Shown here piece by piece: positions 15,675-30,934 of a DNA stretch of 64,000 bases. Made by a program: the position numbers and the translations under genes. The notes under the pieces are model-generated. The model saw only the letters and a program-made list of their open reading frames with translations, did no database searches and had not been told where the DNA came from. This stretch comes from the human T2T-CHM13v2.0 reference genome, Homo sapiens. Location: the NCBI RefSeq assembly GCF_009914755.1, contig NC_060938.1. One strand, given 5' to 3'. Each line of letters opens with the position of its first letter. Position 1 is the stretch's first letter.

Positions 15675-18600
15675 AGTATCACGGTGTTTCTATTCAAGTA
15701 ACCCTTACGTTTCTTCGTAATGGCCCCAAAGTGCAAGAGTAGTGATGCTGGTATATTGTATAATTGTTCTTTATTATTATTGTTCTTGTTGTTAATCTCT
15801 TACTTGCCTAATTCAAAAATTAAACTTTATCATAGATATGTTCGAAAAAACATAGTACTGTATTTATAAGGTTTAGTGCTATCCAAGGTTTCAGGCATCT
15901 ACTGAGGTCTTGGAACGTATCCCCCTTAGATAAGGGAGGACTACTGTACTAATTCTCATATCTGCTTATATGTATTTTTGAACTCTTTGTAACCATTCCA
16001 CAGTCTGGACACCTTGGCTTCTCTACACTCTCCTACCTGCCTCTATACACATTTCTATTCATTTTCAGAATGTTCTGGGTATTATCATCACATATTTACT
16101 TTTTTTTCAGTTAAACTGTAAAAATAGTTGGTCTCTTTACAAAAAGTTGTTATTCTAAATGATATTTCACTAAATATTTAGATTAATTTATGGGAAATGG
16201 AAATATTTACTATTGAGTATTCTTAACAAATAATAAGGTGTATATATATATATGTATATATATATATCCATTTATTTATATTTTTCACGTCCCTAAGAAA
16301 ATTGTGATGTTGTTTTCCCCACCACTTCTTGTTTGTTACTTGGTTGTATGTATGTATTTGTGTGTACGTGAGTGTTGGTATTGGTATATAGGATCTTTCC
16401 TTATACTATTTTTGAATTGGTTATAGTTTTTATATAGGAAAGCTACTGGAGTTTTAGTATACAAATTTTGTAGCAGTTAGATGAGTGAATTATTTTGTGG
16501 TTTCTTTTTTTTTTCTGATTCCCTAGGATTTTAAAGATTCACAAGCATACAATTGTATCATCTGTAGATAATTTTGCTAACTCTTTTCCTCTAAAACCTT
16601 TATTTTTTTCTCTTAGATAATTGGATTGATCGGCACTTCCTGAATAGTGTAGATTAAAGCTTTAAAAAAATCTTGTTCTTGACTTTAATAAATAAGTTGT
16701 TGATGTTTAACCATCAACAACTTTTAGTAAATTACCTTTATTAAATGTATACCAATAGAGGGTATTTTCCAGATTTAGTCAGGATTTTTAAAATTTTGCT
16801 GCCTAAATGATACTTTTTAATCTACAGAAATGAAAACTTTCTGCCTTTACTTATTGTTATAGTGAATTATATTAATGATATTCTATTATTGATTTCCATA
16901 GATCATGCTTCTATTTCTGAACAAACCCTACTTATTTGTTTATGATGTATTGATCTTTAAATGTGCTACTGAAATGGGTTAGCTACATTTTATTTAGAAT
17001 GTTTTCATTGTTATTCATTATAAATGAGATGGGTCTGTATTCTTTCTTGTGGGCTATGTTTGTCAAGTTTGGGTGTCAATATTATACTGCTTTAAAAAAG
17101 ACTTGGAGGCTTTCTTTCCCTTGTTCAGTTCTGGAACAATATAAATTAACACTGAAATGATCTATCCTACCTGCAGATATATTCAACTTTTATATTTTTA
17201 AAAACAATTCTGGACTTTTTTCATTAGAGGGTAAGTTCTTATCAGATTCTTATCAGAGCTTGACCAGATGCTTAAGTGTAATCGTACAATTTTATCTTTC
17301 TGGGGCTAATTTTAGTTATTTTTTTAAAGCATTATGACCTCATCCAGATATTTCAAATTTATATTGAGAGCTTTCAACATTTTTTTGCTAATTATTATTC
17401 CCCTATTCATTATTCCTAATTTATTTTATAGAAATAAATTTTACTTTTATTTCTTTTAAAAATACTTTTCATAGGATATTCTTTGCTCTGCATTTACTTT
17501 TTTCTATTTTCTTCACTTACTTTTAATTTTTTTAAATAACATGCAATAAATTCCCACCAACTATTGCTTCAGCTCTATTCCAAAACTTATGATTACTACT
17601 GTTATAAGTATCTTGATTTTCTACAGTAATTTTGGTGTATTATCAACCCTTCTTTGCTTCTCCATATTTTCATGATTATGCTTTTCCTGGGATATAGTCA
17701 AACATTTAAATATCCACAAGTTCCTATATTTGATCATCTTTAGATAGAAGCTATTGGCTCTCCCTTATGACAGATGAGAAAATCTCACTCTTTTTACTCC
17801 TATCTTCCAGAGTTCACTTCCTAAATTTTGTTAAAGTATAACTTTTTATTTTACTTCATACACTGGTATTATTATACTCTGTATCTGTAATTTAGTCTAC
17901 ATTATATGTTTTCAAAATAATTCAGTGTTTACTATCACTTATATAAAAATGGCTTCTCCAATTATTTCTTTTGTAGGATTTTTATAGGATTTTTTAATTT
18001 TGTAGGATTTTTTAATTCTATTTTTCTCCTCAACACACATGAGTGTCTGTCACATTTAAGGTTAAACTATTTTATTCATATAACTTTCTTATGTTTTCTT
18101 TCCTTTCTTTGAGAGTGTACACCACTTTTTTTCTTATTTATCTTTTATGATTTTGCTATTTTATTTTTATTTTTAATAGCATTTTATTTCTACAGAACAA
18201 AACATATGTGTTGCAGAAGTTAGAAAATAAAAATAAGCAAAAACAAAATTAAAAGATCACCATTTGACTCCCAAAGATCCTCACTGCAACATCACTAAAA
18301 GGATATAGTGCATATTATTTAGATATTTTCCATGTACATGAAAATAAACATACACATGCATAATATACAAAATATTTTCCCTGTCATCTAAAACATAACA
18401 GTTTCTGTTAATAAAACCAGGCCAGCCTGCTTGTATACCCCACTTGGCAGCTTGCTTTTTAACCTGAATGGAAGTGCATTCTCAAGCTTGAAAACTAATC
18501 AAATTACCAAACTGTGTTACAGTATCAGCCATTCTATATCATTTTCCCACGAGGACATGTGTGCCCATCTAATTTGCAGATTCAGGGTGTTCTTTATTTA

Positions 18601-19387
18601 TTGTTTTAATATGAGGGTAAAAAAATAGCAGTTCTATGGCTTCAGGTATCTCTGAAAATAATCTTAAACTGCCTTGAACCATGAGAGGAGAACATACTGA
18701 GACCCTCCAAAACATTGGTGGCATTGTCCTTTCAGACCATTTGTAAAGATTATCTCCTAGACCTCTTTATTTATATAATCACAACTTTTATTGAAAGCAT
18801 TACAATTATTTCCATGGTTAGGGAGCACTATCAGTTCTTTTTCAGTTCAGTACATTTATTCAAAAAAGATCATTTCCAGCTCTTTCATTCTCTTTTCACT
18901 TCACAGTTTCTACCATAAACATGAACTAAAACATACTAATTTGTAAGAAATTTTTGTTGTTTTATTTTTGTTCAAATTACTTTTCCTCTTGTCTCGTTTT
19001 CCTATTGCTGTTTCTCTCTTTTTCTATGTGTCTTTCTCTACATGCATGACTACATAAATACACACACATGCATGCATATCCACACAGATACACACATAAA
19101 ATTTTAACCCTCCACTGTTTGTGTCATAAGAGAGGATACAGTCTGAGAACCAATCCCATCACATAAGTGCTGTATATGGATTCAACCCAAATGGATCTCA
19201 GACTCAAGAAACACATTCCTTGAAGTTGTAATGATTTAACAAAAGTCTGTGAGGTAAGTGGATGTTTGAGTTTCTGTTGAAATTTCCCAGGTAAAAGAAG
19301 CAAAGGGTCAAATATAATCCATTGTGTCTAATGATACTCTGCAAATTGTTTTGGGTTTCCTTTTTCTCTCCTCTCATGAAAATATTC

Positions 19388-19524
19388 CAAGGCACTCATC
19401 CCTGTAATTCTACCACTTTGAGAAGCTGAGGTGGGAGGATCACCTGAGCTTGGGAGGTCGGGACTGTAGTGAGCCATGATTGCTCCACTGCACTCCAGCA
19501 TGGGTGACAGAGTGAGACCCTGTC

Positions 19525-19553
<29 letters not shown>
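19388..19553 (+). mobile_element. FRAM / AluJ right-monomer with long pure A-tail
   Basis: gagccatgattgctccactgcactccagc...gagaccctgtc followed by poly(A). Confidence 0.85.
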
Positions 19554-19555
<2 letters not shown>

Positions 19556-21329
19556 GAGGCAATGATGGAACACTCATGACAACATAAGGATATATGGCAG
19601 AGGGTGGAGGGAAAGGATTAAAAGAAGACAAACTGCTTTTATAACCTAACTGTCCTTAGAAGACCAGGCTAATGAAATGCATTTTCCCTCTAATGGCTTT
19701 CATTTCAGAATACTGTGTGGTTTTCCCTGAAAATGTGACGCATTCTCACTTTACAAATCATTTTGATTTCCTCTTGTTGTCACACTCTGTCTAATTTTGC
19801 TGAGTTACTGGCAGGACATTGACTACAGTGATGGAGAGTCACCACCAGTATTACTAAGGATCAGATTTTCTGGTTTTATAACTTGAAATCATATGTTTCA
19901 CTAAGAATTCTGTGACTTAATTTTCCTGAAGATTCATTGACACTAAAAACAAGAAATGACAAGTTTTATAATTCTATAGGCATCACTGTGAAATGCCTGG
20001 TATAGAATACGTTTGTGGTAGGTACTCAGTAAGTATTGATTTGTTATTGAATCAATAAATGGCAGGCAAACAGAATAGAGTGATTTATAAAAATAATCAT
20101 GATGTTTGGGCCCATTAGAATGGACAATTTACAAGTGGCATAATTTAGTAATTTCTTCCCTGGTTATTTGGCCCACATCCAAAATGCAGTCCATACTGTA
20201 GAGATGTACAAATCTCTGCTTCTGAGAGAGAGCAATCCTGTGCTCTTGGATGGTGAAGGTCTTTTTGGACAAAGGTACACACACTCACACCCACATATAC
20301 ACAACTCATTCACACATACAGAAGCATACCCAATACAGAAACATTGTAGCTTAAATGAGTGTTGCTGTTGGTATTATATTATCATGTAGGAAAAATAAGT
20401 GAGAAATGGATCAACTTTCCATTTTATTGTTCATCATTGGCTGACTCAAGTTTAAAACTGAAAAGATTAGCTCTCAGACAGTCCCTTCAAAGTTTGGAGA
20501 TTTATTCAGGGTAAGCATCTGGAAGATTTGATGCTTATCTGTTCTATTTAGTGCTGTCCCACCCAAAATGTGGTTAGAAATATAACAAGATTAAGTCTTT
20601 CCTATGAGAGGAAGTTGGACCTTTATCTTGTCAGCAAAACTAGAACTGTTGGATTTTTTTAAAAACTAAAACCACTTCACAGCTTCTTGTAATCCAGCTG
20701 TATCCAGGAAATAACAATGATAATCAAAGTATCATTCCCATGTTTTCCACTCTCTCCAAAGCCTTCTTTGGGAAATCAGGGGATGATGGAGATATGTGTG
20801 TGTTTCTCATTCCTAATAAATTTAAATGTGATTGGATTGGTTTTGTGGGAAAGAGGGAATTGAATAGCTTGAACTTATCTCCTTTGAAACAAAACAAATA
20901 CTTTTTATTATATCTAGTTTGACCCATAAAAACACTCAGAGGAGTGCAAACCACTTTGGATTTTTGAAGGGAACACTGACAAATGATTTGAGTGATATTT
21001 TCCAGAATAGAGATAATGGGACTCTCTTTTCTGTCATAAACAGAAAGAACTTTGGATGGCCTGAGACCATTCTGGGCCATAGTCATCAGCAAGTCCTGCT
21101 CTGGATATGTGACTTTGGCATGTCATATACAGAGTTCATCTCAGAGGAGCTGCTAATGCAGGTTAATTTAAAAAGCTCAAAATCTTGCAAATCACCCACC
21201 ATGATTTAGGGATTATCCCTCCCCTCATTAGAACTGTAAATTTTAATATAAAAAAAATTGAGATAATCTAATTCATGGTTTTCTTAAAGTTGTAGTGTCT
21301 AACTATGAAATTCTCCAAAGACACTGAAA

Positions 21330-22250
21330 ATTGTAGAAGATAACAATAACATTCATCATCAGTAGTAAGCAGATGGTAACATTTTGTTATACCTAATTCA
21401 GATCTCTTTTTAAAAAATAGAAACAAATATTCCTGATACGACAAACCACCCTTCTTCCAACTCCCAATTCTTTCGCCTATTTTTTTCAGGAGAAGTTATC
21501 TCAACTTTGAAATGCATGCAAGTTAAAAAATACCCCTCCTACAAACGTATTTATTCAATAATGCTATATGGTTTTGTTTCACATATTTTAAAATTCACAT
21601 AAATGGAATCATATGAGTGCCAGCTTGCAATTTGCCTTTTCACTCATTATTGATTTTTGAGAACTATCCATGTTGGTAAATGCAGATGTAGCTTATTTAT
21701 TTTAATTGCTGTATAGTATTCCATTGTATGAATGACATTTGAGAGATGGTAAAGTTATTTCCAGGTTCTCGTTACTTTAAATAGTGCTTCAGTGAACATC
21801 CTTGCATGTGTATCCTTGTGTACACATCCCTTGTGCTTCTCCAAGTTAAAGAACATGAGCCCAGACGTGGAATTTCTTACTCAGAGACTATTCACATTTT
21901 AGATTTTACTGGATTTTGTTCTATTACTCTTCATAATGGTTGTACAAATTTACAGTCACACCAGCAATAGCTAATTGGTTAAGAGTTTGTGCTCTCAGAT
22001 TTATTAATTTGTGGCAAATTTGATGAAATGATATCTCATCATAGTTTATGGTTTTTGTGTCTTCTTTAGGAAATCCCTACCTTTGTCATGGGCATAAAAT
22101 GTTACATGTTTTCTTGTAAAAATGTCATATTACTGATTTTTCTTCTTTAACTCATTTGCATTTTTTCAATGGACATAAAATAATATCTTTTTGTCTTTTT
22201 CCATATGGAGAGCCAATTTTCTAGAAATAGTTATTGAATAGTCCACTCAC
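21330..22250 (-). mobile_element. Old L1ME 3' region
   Basis: ataaatggaatcata, gtatagtattccattgtatgaat, ggttgtacaaatttacagtcacaccagcaa motifs. Confidence 0.7.
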
Positions 22251-22376
22251 AACTCTTGGCCAGTTCTGGTCACATGGTCCTACCCAAACATGAGGGGATT
22301 AAGTAGTGCCCAGAAGTGGCTCCCCACTGAACATATTGGTGAACAGCAATAGTATTAAATAATTACCTACAAGGGA

Positions 22377-22936
22377 TATGATGGTTTTAAAATATGTTCA
22401 CAGATTCTTTGACACTCTTCTTTTCAAAAGATGGAGTCTAATTTCTCTTCTCTTGTGTGTAAGCTGGACCTAGTAACATGTATTCTAGTGCCAGAAGTGA
22501 GGGTGTATGATTTCCAAGATAAAGTTAGAAAAGGTACTGTGGCTTCTGTCTTACTTTCTTTTGGATCACCTGCTCTGGGGAAAGCCAGGTGTTATGTTAG
22601 AGGCTACTTGGGCAGCCTTATGGCAAAACACATGTGGCAAGGAACTGAGGCTTCTTTGTAAAAGGCAGCAGTAATTTGTCAATTATGCAAATAGCCACCA
22701 TGAAAGCAGCTCCTCCCGCTCTAGTCAAGCCTGGAGATGACTGCAGCCTTGGCCACTGGGATCTTCACTGCAAACTGAGGACAAGTCAAGTCCTGAGCCA
22801 GAGTCCTTAGCCACTCAGCTAAGGTGTTCCCAAACTCTCAACCCACTGAAATTCTGTGAGATGATAAGTGTTTATTTTTGTTCTAAGCCAATCAATTTTG
22901 GAGTGATTTGTTTAATGGTAATAAAGGATTAATCCA
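22377..22936 (+). mobile_element. MLT1F-like MaLR solo LTR
   Basis: Typical body (gcaaggaactgagg, gatgactgcagcc) and 3' end aattttggagtgatttgtt...taatcca. Confidence 0.8.
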
Positions 22937-23529
22937 TTGAGTTTCGCTAAATTTGAAGGCAATGTTTATTTCAATATTATTTAAAATATAGGTTATGTGG
23001 CATAAATCACATCTAATTTGGTAGTCCTAGGAGATTATTAACCTCAAAGAAACGATTATTAATTAACCAGAGCAGGTTTATAAACTGATGGACAACCAGA
23101 GGTCTGGAAAGACATTTATATCTATTGAGGTGCTGTGGACAGGAAAAAAAAAAAAAAAAAAAAAAACAGAAACAAAAACCAAAACCTCAAACCAGTCATT
23201 ACTAATAGGAACCACAATAAAAAGTTGTGTTTTGAATTTGAAAGCTCCAAATTGCCGTGACTCATTTGCTATTCGTCTGCTTCTTACATGGACAACTCCA
23301 TAGAACCATGCATCCATGGAATAGGGATTGAGTAGGGATTTAATTAATTATTTATTTTTATTTAATGTCACATGATATTAGAGAATGAAACAAAGGTCCG
23401 TGTAGTCTCTAGCATAAAAATATCATCTGGTTTCCATACTTCATAAAGTTTTGGGAAGGTCAAAGTAAATAATGTGAGAAAAGGCTTTGGGAGCACAAAA
23501 GAACTGTGTTAATGTATCACCAGAATTAT

Positions 23530-24415
23530 GTGTCAGTCAGGAAAAGCTAGGTTTTGCTGTGGTAATGGAAACTCCAAAATCGTAGGGGCTTACAACTTGT
23601 GAGCTTTAGTTTTTGTTTATGTTAGACCACTCCAAGTTGGCCATGGCTCTGTCATGTCATCTTCACTCTGAGACCCAGAAGGCAGAGTAGCCTGTAGCCA
23701 GAGGAGTGACACTTGTCATACCAAAGAGAAAGAGTCATGAAGGACTTCCTGAAAGGGCAGACTTCATGATTTGCTAGAAAGACTCAGAGCACATTACTGT
23801 GTAGTGATGATTTATTACAGCAAAATGATACAAAGTAGAATAAGCAAAGGAAAAGGTACATGGGACAAAGTTTTTTGGAGGAAAACAGGTACAAGATTCC
23901 GAGTCCTTATCCAGTGCAGTAACACAGGATGTGCTTCATTCCTCCAGTGCCAAATCGTAACAATGTGTGAAATGTCATCTACTGGGGAAGTTCACAAGAC
24001 AGACTCAATGCCTAGAGTTTTTACTGAGGGATGATCACAATAGGCATCCTCTGTCCTGCATGTACCCAAATTCTGGACTCCCAGAAAGGGTTCATGGGTT
24101 CAGCATAAGCCTTATTCTTTGCACAAACAGTTTAGGTGCTGTGAGCCATCCTTATCAGGAAATGTGAGACCCTTCCTGAAATTCAAGCTCCCCAATTCCA
24201 GCTGAGGGCCAATCTTGCACACAGGTCTTTCTAAGCCAAGCAGACTCAGACCTTTTATGCTAATTCTTTCTGCAAAAACCCATATCACTCCTGTTCACAT
24301 TTTCTTGCACAGAGGAGGTCACATGGCCAAAACTGACATCAAAGCAGTGAGAAAGTATAATCTTCCCACAGGAAGTGGCAGCCGATATTTTGAACTATAA
24401 TACGATCTACTATAG
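23530..24415 (-). mobile_element. MLT1I/J/K-like LTR interrupted by a MER68-like LTR
   Basis: tgtcagtcagg...ggcttacaac start; resumes after ~24277 with gtcacatggccaaa. Confidence 0.55.
23735..24276 (-). mobile_element. MER68-like ERVL LTR
   Basis: tttattacagcaaaatgatacaaag, caaacagtttagg, gtgagccatccttatcag motifs. Confidence 0.65.
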
Positions 24416-24504
24416 AAACAACATGAAAAAAAGAGAGAAGAAACTGATATCTCCTACACCTATGTATATGCATACTTTATGCATATTTTCATTGTCTTGG
24501 CTCA

Positions 24505-26308
<1,804 letters not shown>

Positions 26309-27749
26309 AAAAAAAAAGAAAAAAAAGAATTATATAATGACAAAAAGAAAAAATGCAATAGCAAGTATTAGAGAGACTCCAAGTACTGATTAATTAAAAA
26401 GTTAGTTACTATTCTTTCCACATTATAAGTCTTTTTTGTTTTTGGAGATCAAGTGGTTCTTTGATTCCTTTTTGAAGGCAAGTGCTTTCATTTTGCTTCT
26501 GACTTTCTCTAAAGCAGTGCTGTATTTGTTAAAGCTCTAATCCTCTCAGGCACTTGTGATTAGACCCCCGAAGAACTGTTTCATGGCCTCTGCTATGTTT
26601 TCTTATCACTGTACCTTTTAAGCTTTCAACTATATTTCAAGTTCTGGCCTGCGTGTGGCCTTCAGCATAAATTTCGCAGGCAAAGTGGTTTGTTCTAATG
26701 CTTTCCTCATCTCTCTCAATTGTTTGCATGCTTCTTTTTATTATCTTTCCATAGCTCTTTGACCTTTTTATTCATTAGCTCAAACCACATGAAATATCAT
26801 TTGGCTAAGGGTTAAGTCAGAAAAATAGGAAAGGTGGTTGGCTTTTGGCATATATATTTACATTTTTGAATTTTCTATTTTTGCATTTTCAGTTTTATTT
26901 TCCTTAAAAAAAACCTTGGGTCCTCACCTCCCCCTTCCTAAAAACACTCATGTTAATTGTATAGAAATAGAAATAAAAATCTTTTTGGTAAAAACAGCAG
27001 GTTTTAACTTCTGATCTCTCCACCAAAAAAAAAAATAGTTATTTAGTAGGAAATTACAATATATTAGAGGGAAGTATATTTGCAGCATAGTTTTAAAAGA
27101 TAACATCTCCGTTTTCAATGAAGGGAGGACTTTATATGGGTCTCTTCTTTATGCTTAGATGGCAGAATGTTTTATTGCTATTTATAAAAGCCTGCATTAA
27201 AAGAATGCAATATTGGTTCTCCCAGAGTGGGATCTATTTGGAAAACTAATTATCTCCAATTGGCTGCAAATTTTCAAGAATCTGCCAAGAAGACAAATCA
27301 GGAATACCATCTAAATGACTTATTACAGTCGGAGGTACTTTGGAGCTCTTGAGACCTTCCCAACAGCTATTTAAAACCCTGGCCACTTGCCTCTAGCTTC
27401 TTTCCTTTCCTCCTCTCGCTTTAACCTCTGCAGGTGAACTCAGCTCTTATTTATTGGAGAAAATAAGGACCAACTAGGGAGAACTTGCCCATTGTCCTGC
27501 CATGCCAACACATTTATCTGCTTTCACAGCTTCCTAATGCCCTTTCCTTCCACCTCAGAGGAGGAGCTTGCTCTGCTCCATCTGAGGCTGATCTTATTAC
27601 ATGGGGTCTTCAAGGTTCTTGCTCCATTAGACAACTCTCCCTCACCTGCAGAGTTACCTCTCCCTCTTTTTTGGCTCTTTCCTTTCAACCTATAGATTTT
27701 TTTTCGAATTTCTTCAGTTGAAACAGTAGCAACTACAACAATACCCCTC

Positions 27750-27808
27750 ACCACAACACACATACACACACACTCCGAAACACACACACACATACACACA
27801 CACACACA
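27750..27808 (+). repeat. Interrupted (CA)n microsatellite
   Basis: CA runs. Confidence 0.9.
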
Positions 27809-28094
27809 CTTGCTCCAGCTTCTTTTCTTGTAATTCAGATACCTGTTACAGAACTATCCAAGCCCTGTCACCTGGCAGGTAGCCATTGTCTGGGTGAGGT
27901 ATCCTGTTGTAATCTGGGTGCAATAGTGGTGAGGGCTCCATTACCACATGACCACTTCTGTTTCCTTTGTAAGCAGAAATGTTTAGCACATTTCGCTTGA
28001 GCTGTGTGTGTGTGTATAAATACATCAGTTAGTACGTGGTTAAACGGCAAAAAAAAAAAAAAAAAAGGCTCTGATGATTTTCTCCCAACTAAGT

Positions 28095-28320
28095 GGTCAG
28101 ATAACATGTACTGAGTACTTACCACATGCCAGGTGCTGAGCTAAGCCTTTCATGTGGATTACTGCACTTTATCCTAATGATCATGAGATAGTACTATCAT
28201 TCCCATTCTCCAAATGAAGAAGTGAAACATCAAATATTGAGTACCTTGCTCAAGCACACAGAACAAGCAGGTGGGATTGACCATTGTTTCCCTGGCAAGA
28301 CTCCAAGAGCATCCACCTTT
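28095..28320 (-). mobile_element. MIR SINE
   Basis: actgagtacttaccacatgccagg...cccattctccaaatgaagaagtgaaac. Confidence 0.75.
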
Positions 28321-29786
28321 GGGGGTAGTAGAGCACATACCTAGAATGCCAACCTTTCAATAACAGAAGTGTCCATTCTCTGCAGTGCTCCTGAGTCCAC
28401 TGAGATACCTCATATATCCTCATGTGTACCTGTTGATTCTCTTACAGTGGTTTTCAATCTAAGTTAAGCATGAGAATTACGCCTGTCCCTAACCCAGACC
28501 AGGTGAATGAAAATATCTGGGGGAAATATGGGTACCTGTGTTTTGCAAAATCTTCCCTGAGTGATTCTGATGTGCAGAAAGGCTCACCGTTTCTCTCTTT
28601 TCTCCAGTATCCTGCTTCCTGCTCCCTTTATTCTTTTGTTATATTCTCTTCTGAATGGAGAGAAACCTTTCATTTTGAATAAATAAGATAGTTTGATAAT
28701 CAGCTCTCTGTGGGTGGTGTTACTGGGAATTATTATAACTGTGTTTTGACTCTTTCATTAAAAGAGAAGTACAACTCATACAGATTGAGTAAATACTTGT
28801 GGTATTGTGAAATGATTTTTAAAAGCTCCATTACTCTGGACACTAGAAACAACATGAATCAGATGTCTTCAAGCTGTTTCTAGTTATAGGTTAACCTGAG
28901 TCTTGGAAACATTCAGTGAATCAGTGTTACCTTTCAGTTCCTCTGCTATAACCACAGTTGTGTATTAGGTATTCTACCGTATAGGCAGTTTTTAAAAAAA
29001 TAATGAATCTACATGGTGTATTTAACACATAACTTATTGAGTTTAATTTCCTTTGTTATTTGGGAAAAAATATATTTGAAATCACCAAGCTACTGAATGT
29101 GTTATATTTAAGGGAAGTAGAAGAGGGTTTTGAATGACTTTTCTGCCATTTTCAATTTAAGTCTTATATTCTGGGAAACTAAATGCCAAAACTAATTTTG
29201 AAAAAAAAAAAGATAAAAATATCTATACCACTTTGTAGAGGGAAAGTAATTATTTTCAAAAAGCATCTCACTTTGCTAATGTTGAGAATAATCTGTGGCT
29301 TGATCCCAGGACTCTCTTATTTTGTCCTGGTGGGGGTAACTGTCAGCAAAAATTACTATACTGCTCTCCAACTATCAGCCTTCATTCTCAGAAAGTGTAT
29401 AGTGTTTCTATGATTTATGACACTAATGGGACTCTCCTGGCAGCAGTGTGATCCATTTTGCTGATATAAAGGAAGCAGACAAACTCTAATCTCCTGTTGC
29501 ACATATCCAAAGACTGAAGAAGAGACTGACATTTTAATTAGCATGGAAACGAGAGATGTGGAAGCCTTCAGCCCCTGAATGAACTAAGTCCTGCAATAGA
29601 GTCATATATAAAAGAAAAAGGCTCAATCATGCTTAAAAAAAAGACTGAAACAAACACTGGCCATTATGTGCTACATCACTTTACCAAAGGACATCAGAAT
29701 ATAAATCTGATTGGAATTTTAAAGGGCAACTTCTATTTTATGAGATAAAGTTTGTGACCTGAAAAATAACCATATTTATAGAATTA

Positions 29787-30265
<479 letters not shown>

Positions 30266-30564
30266 TCACTTTCTATGCTAGACTAGATAACCTCCAAAGA
30301 CTTTTACAACTCAAGCATTTTGTGATTTCAATAGATTTCCCATAGTAGTAGCTAATAAGTGAGCTGGAATTGTAATGAACAAGACTACTCTTCCGTAATA
30401 AAAAGGAACACCTGACTGCAAGTCAAAAAAGCTGCCTTCTACTCCTTGCATCACCAATTAAAAACCATGTGATCTGAGCACGTTCTTAATGCCATTTCCT
30501 TACCTGTAAATTAGGAATGGTGGTATCCCTTTGCATGGACAGGAGTTTTGAATGAAATGACGTG

Positions 30565-30934
30565 TGTATTAGTCTGCTTAGGCTGTCGTAATAAAAATAC
30601 CACAGACTGCATGGCTTAAACACAGAAAAATTTCTGCTCACAGTTCTGGAGGCTAGATGTCCCAGATCAAGGCCTGACATAGTCAGTCTCTGGTGAGGGC
30701 TCTCTTCCTTGCTTGGAGACAGCCATCTTCTCTGTGTCCTCTCACAGTGGAGATAGGAACTCTGATGTCTCTCTTTTTCTTATAAGGGCACCATTGTTAT
30801 CAGATTAGGGCCCCAGCTTTATGACCTCATTTGACATTTATCACATCCTCACAGACTCTATCTTCAAATATAGAAGCATTGGGGTTAGGGAGTCAACATA
30901 TGAATTTTGGAGAAATACAATTTGGTCCATGGCA
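30565..30934 (-). mobile_element. MLT1A-like MaLR solo LTR within a MIR
   Basis: tgtattagtctgcttaggctg...ctcacagttctggaggctag...caacatatgaattttgg. Confidence 0.85.

Larger units (their letters stand above)
14324..15946 (+). mobile_element. MER44B (Tigger7-derived) DNA transposon, split into 14324-14585 and 15675-15946
   Basis: TIR-like ends ...cccttatc / gataagggaggactactg|TA; internal atggccccaaagtgcaagagtagtgatgctgg. Confidence 0.85.
13270..17700 (-). mobile_element. Old L1ME-type fragment, interrupted by FLAM and the MER44B/LTR complex
   Basis: T-rich antisense L1 motifs (aatttgcattt, gtatcatctg, tcttgttcttgacttta); highly diverged. Confidence 0.65.
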
